Positions 37,502 to 45,126 of a stretch of 64,000 nucleotides of DNA are shown here, piece after piece. Positions within the stretch are counted from its first letter, which is position 1. The number at the start of each line of letters is the position of its first letter. The stretch lies in assembly GCA_021824345.1 (NCBI GenBank), contig JAKAKW010000002.1, forward strand, positions 22,552-86,551. The letters are read 5' to 3'. The notes beneath the pieces are model-generated. The model was not told where the DNA came from, searched no databases, and worked only from the letters and a program-made list of their open reading frames with translations. The stretch is from a bacterium. GTDB lineage: Bacteria; Patescibacteriota; Minisyncoccia; Phycocordibacterales; UBA9973. A program made the position numbers and the translations under genes.

Positions 37502-37903
37502 TCATTTTCTTTTTTCCAATTCAATTTCTTTCCTGGTCCGGTCGAATTTAACGACGAAATTGTCGAAGAATCCATTTTGTCCGGCTATTCCATAGGGCAT
37601 TTCATTCTCTGTCATGTTTAGCATGAATCCAGCTTCAATTTCAAAATTTTGTCTTCCTACTCGCATAATTATCTTATGGAGATAGTAAGGAGAAATCTTT
37701 CCTCCAGCCCCAAGCGCTTCGCCTGTTCTTCCCTTTTGAATGTCTAAGCCCAATTCTATTCCTGTTTGAGAACTGAAAACGCAAAAATCAGCTCCAGAAT
37801 CAATGAGAACATCCTGATGTAAAGCGCGAAGCGGAGTTATTAAAGTAATTTCTATAACCGGACGAAATATCCCGGGATAGCATTCCGTATATTTCCACCT
37901 CAT
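37502..37903 (-). CDS. retropepsin-like (clan AA) aspartic protease
   Basis: VLIDSGADFCVF carries the D-S-G-A active-site motif. 133 aa from MRWKY. The ORF is open further upstream only in an overlapping frame. Confidence 0.55.
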   Translation of the reverse strand: MRWKYTECYPGIFRPVIEITLITPLRALHQDVLIDSGADFCVFSSQTGIELGLDIQKGRTGEALGAGGKISPYYLHKIIMRVGRQNFEIEAGFMLNMTENEMPYGIAGQNGFFDNFVVKFDRTRKEIELEKRK

Positions 37904-38097
37904 AGGATGCCTATATAGGCATCGTGTGTCTTTGGCACATAATTCATAATAGGGGATTTGTATCCCTTTTTTTCCGCTTTTGTTAGAGCAGAATGCAGAG
38001 TTCTGCCGGAAGCCAAAACAGTCACCTGATCGCCGGCTAAGGCGACCCATTTTCCAGGGTAATCTTTATACATTTGTGTCCAATCTATCGCTTTCAT
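37900..38097 (-). CDS. small protein (65 aa, DUF5678-like), translationally coupled to the protease (ATGA overlap)
   Basis: The stop TGA overlaps the ATG of the downstream protease gene. KWVALAGDQV motif. Confidence 0.35.
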   Translation of the reverse strand: MKAIDWTQMYKDYPGKWVALAGDQVTVLASGRTLHSALTKAEKKGYKSPIMNYVPKTHDAYIGIL

Positions 38098-38168
38098 TTC
38101 CGGATTATATGTTCATTTGACGCTTGCTTGCAACGCTTAATCCGTGCTCTGGTTATGTAAAAGAAGAA

Positions 38169-38216
38169 GCCGGACTGGCGAGGTCAGACCTCGCCAGTCC
38201 GGCATACGTGTCTTTT
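38169..38216. terminator. strong hairpin GCCGGACTGGCGAGGTC-aga-CCTCGCCAGTCCGGC (17-bp stem) flanked by an A-rich tract upstream and a T-tract downstream
   Basis: Downstream of the 38222..38698 gene on the minus strand. Probably terminates the ABC/MFP operon. Confidence 0.65.
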
Positions 38217-38221
38217 TCTTT

Positions 38222-38698
38222 TTACTGCTGCCCTTGGGGATTTCCGGGCGGTACCGCCGGACGAATCTGAATGGAATTGGCGCTGACACTGCCGTCGGAG
38301 TTGGTTGAACCGAGCACATTCACTTCTTCGCCGACCGAAAGGTCGCTTGCGGCCGCCGCGGCTGTCTTCATCACCTGCGTACTTCCGTTATAGAAGATTA
38401 TTTTTGATCCTCCGTCGCGAGTTTTGATGGTGATGCTCTCTGCATCCTTGGCTATGATAGTTCCCGCATCCATTCCTCCTGCTCCTCTGCTGACAAAAGT
38501 TCCGCTCCCGCTTCCGGCGAACCTTCCGGCGAAGTTTCCTCCGCTAAAATTCCCGGTGCGAGTTCCGTTTTGGGTAAATGTCGGTCCGGAAGTTCCGGCC
38601 TGTCCTTTTCCGACCATCATCCCCGCGTAAAACGCGAGCGCCAAAACGATAATTCCGACCGCAATGTAAACCACTTTCTTATTATTTGTATTTTGCAT
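38222..38698 (-). CDS. small membrane-anchored Gly-rich protein with a C-terminal beta-rich domain (paralogous to the 42486..43004 product)
   Basis: N-terminal TM helix. C-terminus GTIIAKDAESITIKTRDGGSKIIFYNGS...SANSIQIRP resembles the 42486 protein (GKIVKVSLPVIIVEDKDNTEKTVLIGNGT...AASLIRVMP). Confidence 0.45.
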   Translation of the reverse strand: MQNTNNKKVVYIAVGIIVLALAFYAGMMVGKGQAGTSGPTFTQNGTRTGNFSGGNFAGRFAGSGSGTFVSRGAGGMDAGTIIAKDAESITIKTRDGGSKIIFYNGSTQVMKTAAAAASDLSVGEEVNVLGSTNSDGSVSANSIQIRPAVPPGNPQGQQ

Positions 38699-38794
38699 GA
38701 CTTTTTTGATTAATTAATAATGCTTTGCAAGAAAACAATATATGCATCGCGAATCATTGCGCGATGAGCGGGGCATATATTGTTTTCTTGCTTG

Positions 38795-40018
38795 CTATTC
38801 ATAACGTAACGCATCTATCGGGCTCATTTCCGCCGCTTTCTTGGCAGGGTAGTAGCCGAAAACTATGCCGATGGCCGCCGAAACCCCGAAAGCGAGCAAC
38901 ACCGAATCAAGAGAAACGCTGGTATCCAAAACTCCGAGCTTGGTAATGGCAAAAGACCCGAGCCATCCGAGCGCCACCCCTATCAATCCGCCCAAGAAAG
39001 TAAGCATTACCGCTTCAGTCAGAAATTGCCTGTTTATATCCTTCTTCTTTGCTCCAATCGCCTTGCGCAGGCCGATCTCCCGGGTGCGTTCGGTGACGGT
39101 GGTGAGCATCATGTTCATAATGCCGATGCCGCCGACCAAAAGGGAAATGCCGGCAACGGCCGCCAAAAGGGTGGTGAATGTTCCGGTTACGGAAGAGGCG
39201 GTGGCGATTATGTCAGACTGATTCAAAGTATTGAAGTCGGCGCTGGCCGGGTTGGAAATATGGTGCCTCTCCAACAGCAGGGAAGTTATATCATTCTGCA
39301 CCTGGGTGGTATTTTGCGCGTCGTTCGCCGATACGTTAATGGTATTCACATACTTGTTGCCTGATAAAAGCAATTGCGCGGTAGAAATGGGAACGTAAAT
39401 CACGTCGTCCGCATTTGAAAATCCCGATCCTCCTTTTGATACCGTAACTCCTATTACCCTGAAAGGCTGTCCTTTGATGCGAATTTGCTGGCCCACCGCT
39501 TCTGACCCTGTTCCAAAAAGATCGTCGCTGGTGGTGGGTCCGAGCACCGCCACTCTGGCATTCCCGGCCACGTCTTGATCGCTGATGAAAGAGCCATCCG
39601 CCACTTCTACGTTTCGGACAGTGGTATAGGAACTGGTTACTCCGTCCACGGAGGTGTTGGTATTGGTGCCCGGGGCGGTAACCTGATATCTGCCGGACAC
39701 TTGCGGAGCGACCGCCTCTATATTCGTCACATTGGCCGCGATAGCATTTGCATCGTCTATGGTAAGCGACTGCGCCGAACCTCGGCCGGCCGATACCTGG
39801 AAGCCTGGCCCGCGTTCCGTTCCGGGCATCACGATGATCAGGTTTGAACCGATCGATTGAATGCTTGCTTGGATGGAGTTTTGGGCGCCCTGCCCGATAG
39901 CGGTCATGGCGATAACCGAAGCGATGCCGATAATTATGCCGAGCATGGTAAGCCCCGAACGGACTTTGTTGCCCGACAGCGCCGCATACGTTTGTTGCAA
40001 GAGGTCGTAAGTTTTCAT
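38795..40018 (-). CDS. ABC transporter permease, MacB/FtsX family
   Basis: 407 aa: N-terminal TM helix, periplasmic domain, C-terminal FtsX 3-TM bundle (GIGIMNMMLTTVTERTREIG). Confidence 0.8.
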   Translation of the reverse strand: MKTYDLLQQTYAALSGNKVRSGLTMLGIIIGIASVIAMTAIGQGAQNSIQASIQSIGSNLIIVMPGTERGPGFQVSAGRGSAQSLTIDDANAIAANVTNIEAVAPQVSGRYQVTAPGTNTNTSVDGVTSSYTTVRNVEVADGSFISDQDVAGNARVAVLGPTTSDDLFGTGSEAVGQQIRIKGQPFRVIGVTVSKGGSGFSNADDVIYVPISTAQLLLSGNKYVNTINVSANDAQNTTQVQNDITSLLLERHHISNPASADFNTLNQSDIIATASSVTGTFTTLLAAVAGISLLVGGIGIMNMMLTTVTERTREIGLRKAIGAKKKDINRQFLTEAVMLTFLGGLIGVALGWLGSFAITKLGVLDTSVSLDSVLLAFGVSAAIGIVFGYYPAKKAAEMSPIDALRYE

Positions 40019-40839
40019 TTTTTTGCGGGAAGCGTGGGAAGCCTTGCTTCCCCCTTATTATTTTTGTGGTCTGGCAGGACACGTATTTTAGAGGGGGAAG
40101 CAAGGCTTCCCACCGTTCCCGCCGTTTCTTCCTCCGCATTATGATTGGCCACTCTTTTTACATGCGTTCCGCGCTCTTCCAATAATCCATCCTTTATAAA
40201 AAGAATTCTGTCGGCGTGTTCCGCTATGTCCTGTTCGTGGGTTATGAGTACCACTGTCCTTCCAAGTTCGGTGTTTAATTTTTGAAAAGTGCCCAACACT
40301 ATTTCGCTTGTTTTTGAATCCAAGTTTCCCGTCGGTTCGTCCGCCAGAATAAGGGATGGTTGATTTACCAAGGCCCGGGCGATGGCCACGCGTTGAATCT
40401 GTCCTCCGGAAAGCTGGTTTGAAAGGTGCGTAAAGTATTCTTTATCCAATCCGGCGGAGGCGAGCGCTTTTTCAGCTCTTTTTTCCCGCTCTTCAGCATT
40501 TATGCCGTCATATACCAAGGGCAGCATCACGTTTGCCATAACCGTAGTGCGGGGAAGGAGGTTGAATGCCTGGAATACGAATCCGATTTTATTCTTTCGA
40601 ATGTCCGCCAGTTCATCATCGGAAAGAGTGGAAACATCTTTTCCGTCCAAAAGATATTTCCCATTGGTCGGAGTGTCCAGGCATCCGAGAATGTGCATAA
40701 GGGTGGATTTTCCGCTGCCCGACGGCCCCATGATGGCCACAAACTCGCCGTCTTTTATCGTGAAAGACACTCCTCGGAGCGCTGAGAATTCCACGTCTTC
40801 CGTCTTGTATACTTTTGTAATGTTTTGTACTTCTATCAT
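40015..40839 (-). CDS. ABC transporter ATP-binding protein (MacB/LolD-like) with a C-terminal extension of about 45 aa that reads through two palindromic repeats
   Basis: Walker A GPSGSGKST, signature LSGGQIQRVAIARAL, Walker B LILADEPTGNLD. The tail ...GEARLPTLPAKK is encoded by the palindromes at 40036-40111. ATGA overlap with the permease gene. Confidence 0.85.
   Translation of the reverse strand: MIEVQNITKVYKTEDVEFSALRGVSFTIKDGEFVAIMGPSGSGKSTLMHILGCLDTPTNGKYLLDGKDVSTLSDDELADIRKNKIGFVFQAFNLLPRTTVMANVMLPLVYDGINAEEREKRAEKALASAGLDKEYFTHLSNQLSGGQIQRVAIARALVNQPSLILADEPTGNLDSKTSEIVLGTFQKLNTELGRTVVLITHEQDIAEHADRILFIKDGLLEERGTHVKRVANHNAEEETAGTVGSLASPSKIRVLPDHKNNKGEARLPTLPAKK
40036..40111. repeat. 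pair of family A-variant palindromes GGGAAGC-ctt-GCTTCCC and GGGAAGC-aag-GCTTCCC
   Basis: 40036-40052 and 40095-40111. Same paired arrangement with inverted loops as at 26012-26092. Confidence 0.7.
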
Positions 40840-42473
40840 CTTCCCAATCTTGTCGCTCCTCCTCTTGCGGCATTAAGTATGCTTGGCGCGGAAGCGGAGC
40901 TGGTACTGCTTCCGGAAATTGTTTTGGTTACGATTTTGTCTCCCTCTTTCAGTCCGGATATGATTTCAGTGGAAGTGCTGTCGGAAATTCCGGTTTGCAC
41001 CGACACATCTTTCGGCGGAATCGCGGAAGGAGATCCTTGCTGGCCGAGAGCCGGATCGGGCAGAGCTGAGTCAAACATCTCCACATAGCTTGCGCCATTT
41101 GACGTTTTTACCGCTCCGTTCGGTACGGTGAGAACGTCTTGTTTTACAGCCGTGATTATGGCGGCATTCACAGTCATGCCCGGTTTTACCCGCTGGTCTT
41201 CCGTATCAAAAGAAATTTTTACGTCATAGCTCACCACTCCCTGAGAAACGGTGCCGATTGTGTCTATTTCCGCCACTTTTCCGGCCACGGTCAGATCCGG
41301 TAGCGCGTCGAAAGTCAGAGTTGCTTTTTGCCCGAGCTGTATCTTTGCGGCGTCCACTTCGTTTAGGGAAATAACCGCTGTCTTATCGGCAGTGATGATG
41401 GTGCCTATGGCAGTTCCGGTGCTGGCGTTATCTCCGACCTTTCCGTCTACCGCGGCCATTATTCCGCTGAAGGGCGCCGTGACATAATAATCCGCCAAAT
41501 TGCTCTTTGCGTCATCCAGGGCGTTCTGCGCTTTTTGTACCGAAAGCTGGCTGGACTGGATGTCCAAACCGGCGGTTGACTGCGAATCCCTCGCCGATTG
41601 GATGCTCGCCTGATCCGCAAGCAGGCTGGTTATGTCGGAGTTCACGGTATCGGCATAACCGGAGAGCGAACTCTGGGTGGAAGTATAGTTGCTGGCGCGG
41701 TTGGTGCTAATGGACAGATAATCCGCCAAGTCGCGGGTGCTTTTCACGGCATTAAAGAGCAGTTTTGAGGCGGACAGGGTTTCTTGCAGCATTTTGTCTA
41801 TCTCCGCATTGGAAGAACTGCTGTTGATGTTCGCATAGTTCAGCGTGGCCTGATCGAAGGCGCTGTTCGCCTTGTAGTATGCATCTTCCGCCGCCGTGCG
41901 ATAGCCGGCGCCGGTGTTTCCGCCGTTTGACCTCGCCGTATCCAAAGACATTGTTTTTTCCGCCAAGACACTTTGAACGTCATCTACAATAGAGGGTTCG
42001 TCCTGGAACGCCGAAGCGATGCCGCTTAATGCCGCGGTATACGCTTTTTCCAAACCCTGGTTCAAGTTCTGGCTGGAATTCTGGAGTTCCAGCTGTTGCA
42101 GGGACAATTTTGCGCTGTCCAAGCTCACTTGCGCGTCTCGCACTGTTTTTTCCGCGTCCGTGGTATCTATGGAAAAAAGAGTCTGCCCCTCCCGCACACT
42201 GTCTCCCGGATTTACTCCGACATAGGTTATGGTTCCGGATACTTTCGGCTTAATGTCGATTTGGTTTTCCGCAGACACTTGGCCGGATCCTTCCACGGAG
42301 GATACGATAGTTCCGCGGCTTACCGTGCCGAGCGCATATAATGTTTCTCCCGCCGTGCTGGTGGCATTTTTATATATCGCGTATCCGGCATATATGACGG
42401 CGATTGCCGCAACAATGCTTATGATCTTGTGCGCCCAAACAAACAGCTTTATTTTTTGAAAAAATTTAATCAT
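40836..42473 (-). CDS. periplasmic adaptor / membrane fusion protein (HlyD/MacA family), long coiled-coil variant
   Basis: N-terminal TM helix. Biotinyl-lipoyl-like beta segments flank long coiled coils; C-terminal beta-barrel. Overlaps the ATPase gene start by 4 nt. Confidence 0.75.
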   Translation of the reverse strand: MIKFFQKIKLFVWAHKIISIVAAIAVIYAGYAIYKNATSTAGETLYALGTVSRGTIVSSVEGSGQVSAENQIDIKPKVSGTITYVGVNPGDSVREGQTLFSIDTTDAEKTVRDAQVSLDSAKLSLQQLELQNSSQNLNQGLEKAYTAALSGIASAFQDEPSIVDDVQSVLAEKTMSLDTARSNGGNTGAGYRTAAEDAYYKANSAFDQATLNYANINSSSSNAEIDKMLQETLSASKLLFNAVKSTRDLADYLSISTNRASNYTSTQSSLSGYADTVNSDITSLLADQASIQSARDSQSTAGLDIQSSQLSVQKAQNALDDAKSNLADYYVTAPFSGIMAAVDGKVGDNASTGTAIGTIITADKTAVISLNEVDAAKIQLGQKATLTFDALPDLTVAGKVAEIDTIGTVSQGVVSYDVKISFDTEDQRVKPGMTVNAAIITAVKQDVLTVPNGAVKTSNGASYVEMFDSALPDPALGQQGSPSAIPPKDVSVQTGISDSTSTEIISGLKEGDKIVTKTISGSSTSSASAPSILNAARGGATRLGR

Positions 42474-42485
42474 GGCTGTGCGTTT

Positions 42486-43004
42486 CTAGTTGCCGGACGG
42501 AGTTGTTCCGGAACTGTTGTTAAAGATCAGGTTCGGGTCGGGCATTACCCGGATCAAACTGGCCGCAATTTGCCCGTTTTGGTTTGGATTTCCGATAACC
42601 ACAACGAAATCGCCCGTTTTAAGATTTGAGGAGCTTATATTTTCCCTTCGTTCCCGTATATCCGTTCCGTTTCCGATCAAAACGGTTTTCTCGGTATTGT
42701 CTTTATCCTCCACAATAATGACAGGCAAGGACACTTTGACTATTTTCCCGGTTGCGCCGTAAGCATTCGGCAGGTTTCCGCTTTCCGGTCCGAAACCCGG
42801 GAAAAGGCGCCCTCGCTGCATAGCTCCGAAATTTCTTTCATAATTTCTCTGCCAGGCGTCTCCGAAGGAAGCTCGGCGGAAGCCCAGGTTCATGCCCGCG
42901 GCAAACACGACCAGGAGCACCAGTAATGCGCCGATGCCGATCAAAACGCCGACAACGATTTTCGATTCAAACACTTTTTTTATTTCTTCGCTTATTTTTT
43001 TCAT
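42486..43004 (-). CDS. small membrane-anchored protein (paralogous C-terminal domain to the 38222..38698 product)
   Basis: N-terminal TM helix. C-terminal domain similarity noted above. Confidence 0.45.
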   Translation of the reverse strand: MKKISEEIKKVFESKIVVGVLIGIGALLVLLVVFAAGMNLGFRRASFGDAWQRNYERNFGAMQRGRLFPGFGPESGNLPNAYGATGKIVKVSLPVIIVEDKDNTEKTVLIGNGTDIRERRENISSSNLKTGDFVVVIGNPNQNGQIAASLIRVMPDPNLIFNNSSGTTPSGN

Positions 43005-43038
43005 CTTTTTTGACGAGGCATGCCCCCGCCGGTGATTT

Positions 43039-43440
43039 TTAAAATGATAATGCCGCCCCTTCTATATGTTTGCCCGCCTGTCTGGCCGACAGGAAGAATA
43101 TAAAAAGCAGAGACAGGGAAAACGCCATGCTTACGACCGGCATGGATTCAAGAAGAGACATTGAGAATTCGTTGAAATGGGAAAGCACTGTCTGCCCGTT
43201 TGAAAAGGCAAGGGATAGGTATTCATAGAAGCCGGAACCGGACATGGTTTTGAGAGTGGCGCCGATGGCCGGAACAGCCGCCACAAAGGAAGCCAGGCCC
43301 AATCCGGAAAGCAACCATAATTTCCGCCGAGCGGTTCTTTTTTCCCGCACTTTAATTGCGAGCCATATCCCGCCGGACAGGTCCTCTTCCGGCTCATATT
43401 TGGCTTCCGCCATAAGTTTTCTGAATTTTTCTTCCCTCAT
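43039..43440 (-). CDS. putative anti-sigma factor-like membrane protein
   Basis: Downstream of the ECF sigma gene on the same strand. Single TM segment after a charged N-terminal region. Confidence 0.3.
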   Translation of the reverse strand: MREEKFRKLMAEAKYEPEEDLSGGIWLAIKVREKRTARRKLWLLSGLGLASFVAAVPAIGATLKTMSGSGFYEYLSLAFSNGQTVLSHFNEFSMSLLESMPVVSMAFSLSLLFIFFLSARQAGKHIEGAALSF

Positions 43441-43492
43441 ATATTACATATATACGGGAAAGATCTTCATTTTGGTGCATTGGAGTAAAAAA

Positions 43493-43527
43493 GTAGAAGG
43501 GCGGAGGGTAACCCTCCGCCCTTCTAC
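43493..43527. repeat. family B palindrome with an extended 16-bp stem GTAGAAGGGCGGAGGG-taa-CCCTCCGCCCTTCTAC
   Basis: Seen between the sigma and the putative anti-sigma genes. Confidence 0.7.
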
Positions 43528-43540
43528 GCCCATCGGCTTG

Positions 43541-44083
43541 TTAAAGCATTTTGCGCAGGGATATGAGCGCCCGCCTATGCGAGCTTTTTACCGTATTCAG
43601 CGGCATTTTCATTACTTCTCCGATTTCTTTGAAAGTCATTTCTTCCTGATAATAGAGAACAAGTATTGCCTTGTAGTTTTCGGGAAGTTTTTCCAGGACC
43701 TGTTCCAGCAGCTTTTTGTCTTCAATTTTTGCCAAGGCTTCATCCGGCAAGAGCTCTTCGTCGGGAAGGTCCGCAAACGGCTCTTCATCCGTTCCAAGGT
43801 CTGAAAAGGACGGTATTTTCTTTCTTCGCAAATAGTCCGTAGCGGTATTTCTGGCGATGGCGAAAAGCCAGGTCTTAAAACATGCCTTTTTAGGATTAAA
43901 TTTTTTCAAGTGTTTCCACGCCTTCAAAAACGTGTCTTGAGTCAGATCTGAAGCATTTTCCCTGCCAGCCAAGCGGGCGCAAACATTAAAAACGGGCGAA
44001 GCATATTTTTCCACCAATTCCCGGAAATAGTCGTCGTTTCCGTTCCGGCATTCCAGAACTTTTTCTTCGTCTGACTTTTCCAT
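43541..44083 (-). CDS. RNA polymerase sigma-70 factor, ECF subfamily
   Basis: Region 2 (DLTQDTFLKAWKHLKKF, WLFAIARNTATDYLRRKK) and region 4 (KAILVLYYQEEMTFKEIGEVMKMPLNTVKS). Confidence 0.8.
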   Translation of the reverse strand: MEKSDEEKVLECRNGNDDYFRELVEKYASPVFNVCARLAGRENASDLTQDTFLKAWKHLKKFNPKKACFKTWLFAIARNTATDYLRRKKIPSFSDLGTDEEPFADLPDEELLPDEALAKIEDKKLLEQVLEKLPENYKAILVLYYQEEMTFKEIGEVMKMPLNTVKSSHRRALISLRKML

Positions 44084-44170
44084 GAGGGTAACAATACCAC
44101 GCCGTCAATGCCGCAGGGCATTTTATTAGAACGCAAATTGGTCACAACTCTCGCCCTTGCAGCAGCTCGG

Positions 44171-44217
44171 GCTCGGTCGCACCATTTGCTTCGCAAATGG
44201 TGCTCCCGGCAGGAATC
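44171..44217. repeat. 47-bp direct repeat copy containing the last 20 nt of tRNA-Arg plus 27 nt of 3' flank (second copy at 44319-44365, which includes the tRNA 3' end)
   Basis: gctcggtcgcaccatttgcttcgcaaatggtgctcccggcaggaatc occurs identically at both positions. Confidence 0.7.
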
Positions 44218-44345
44218 TCCCCCTACGGGGGCGGGTGCTTTTCCATTCGCTGGCGGTTTACCGCCAGCTCATAAGGAAAAGCCTTTCGATTCCCGCACGC
44301 GGGCAAAGCAGTTTGCCCGCTCGGTCGCACCATTTGCTTCGCAAA

Positions 44346-44420
44346 TGGTGCTCCCGGCAGGAATCGAACCTGCATCACAACTTCCGCAAAGTTGCATTCT
44401 ATCCATTGAACTACGGGAGC
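44346..44420 (-). tRNA. tRNA-Arg with an apparent GCG anticodon (unusual), encoded CCA
   Basis: Hand-folded: acceptor GCTCCCG/CGGGAGC, D-arm GTTC-AATGGATA-GAAT, anticodon stem CAACT/AGTTG with loop TTGCGGA, T-arm GCAGG-TTCGATT-CCTGC, then ACCA. Confidence 0.6.
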
Positions 44421-44513
44421 GTTCAAGCGTTTTAAGCGCTTGCCTGCCTGCCGGCAGGCTAATTTAAGTTAGCAGTTTTCCGGAGAAAAATCCACTGTAA
44501 TTTTCGTTGGAAG

Positions 44514-45026
44514 CTAGAATCCCAAAAATTCCATCACCGCGTCCGAGAAATGCTCTTTCATCTTTTCCTCCTCCACGTCGTGGTTTCTGAAAATATTCCG
44601 GATATTGTCCGCCAATTCTTCTTCTATCGGAACGGAAAGTATGGGCATCAGCCACCCTTCGGATTTTATGAACAAAGTCGGCCGTATTTCCTCTTCCGGC
44701 AGGCTTCCATGCAGTTCCCGCTCTTCGTCGGTCGGATTTTTTTGCACCCAGAAAGATTTGATTTTTTCGTAAGGGTAGATGCGGTTCTTGATTTTAAAAC
44801 CCATTCGGTTCAGTTCGTAGGTAATGTTCTCCGGTTCCTTTACGGAAAAGAAAGCCATGAGCACTCCGCTTACCACAAGAAGAAGGGCGAAAAAGAAGTT
44901 TCCAAAAAGAATTGAGGCAATCGCTCCCGCCACCACCACTATTCCCAACGCCCAAAACCAGTCCGGAGTTTTTTCTTTCAATTCATATTCCAGAGCCGAC
45001 CATTGCAATTTATTCGGCATGTCCAT
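44514..45026 (-). CDS. hypothetical membrane protein
   Basis: Two hydrophobic helices near the N-terminus. 170 aa. Confidence 0.4.
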   Translation of the reverse strand: MDMPNKLQWSALEYELKEKTPDWFWALGIVVVAGAIASILFGNFFFALLLVVSGVLMAFFSVKEPENITYELNRMGFKIKNRIYPYEKIKSFWVQKNPTDEERELHGSLPEEEIRPTLFIKSEGWLMPILSVPIEEELADNIRNIFRNHDVEEEKMKEHFSDAVMEFLGF

Positions 45027-45126
45027 ATTATGGTAATTATAACAACAAGCGGGATGTTAAACAAATGCAAAAGGGCATTTGTTTGGAGCCTGGGCGCCGT
45101 TATTCGGCGATAATCATCATATCGTG

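Noticed and set aside
44108-44467. Plus/minus ORFs (119, 92, 67 aa) over the tRNA-Arg region
   Set aside because: The region is explained by tRNA-Arg, a 47-bp direct repeat and hairpins; there is no coding signal.
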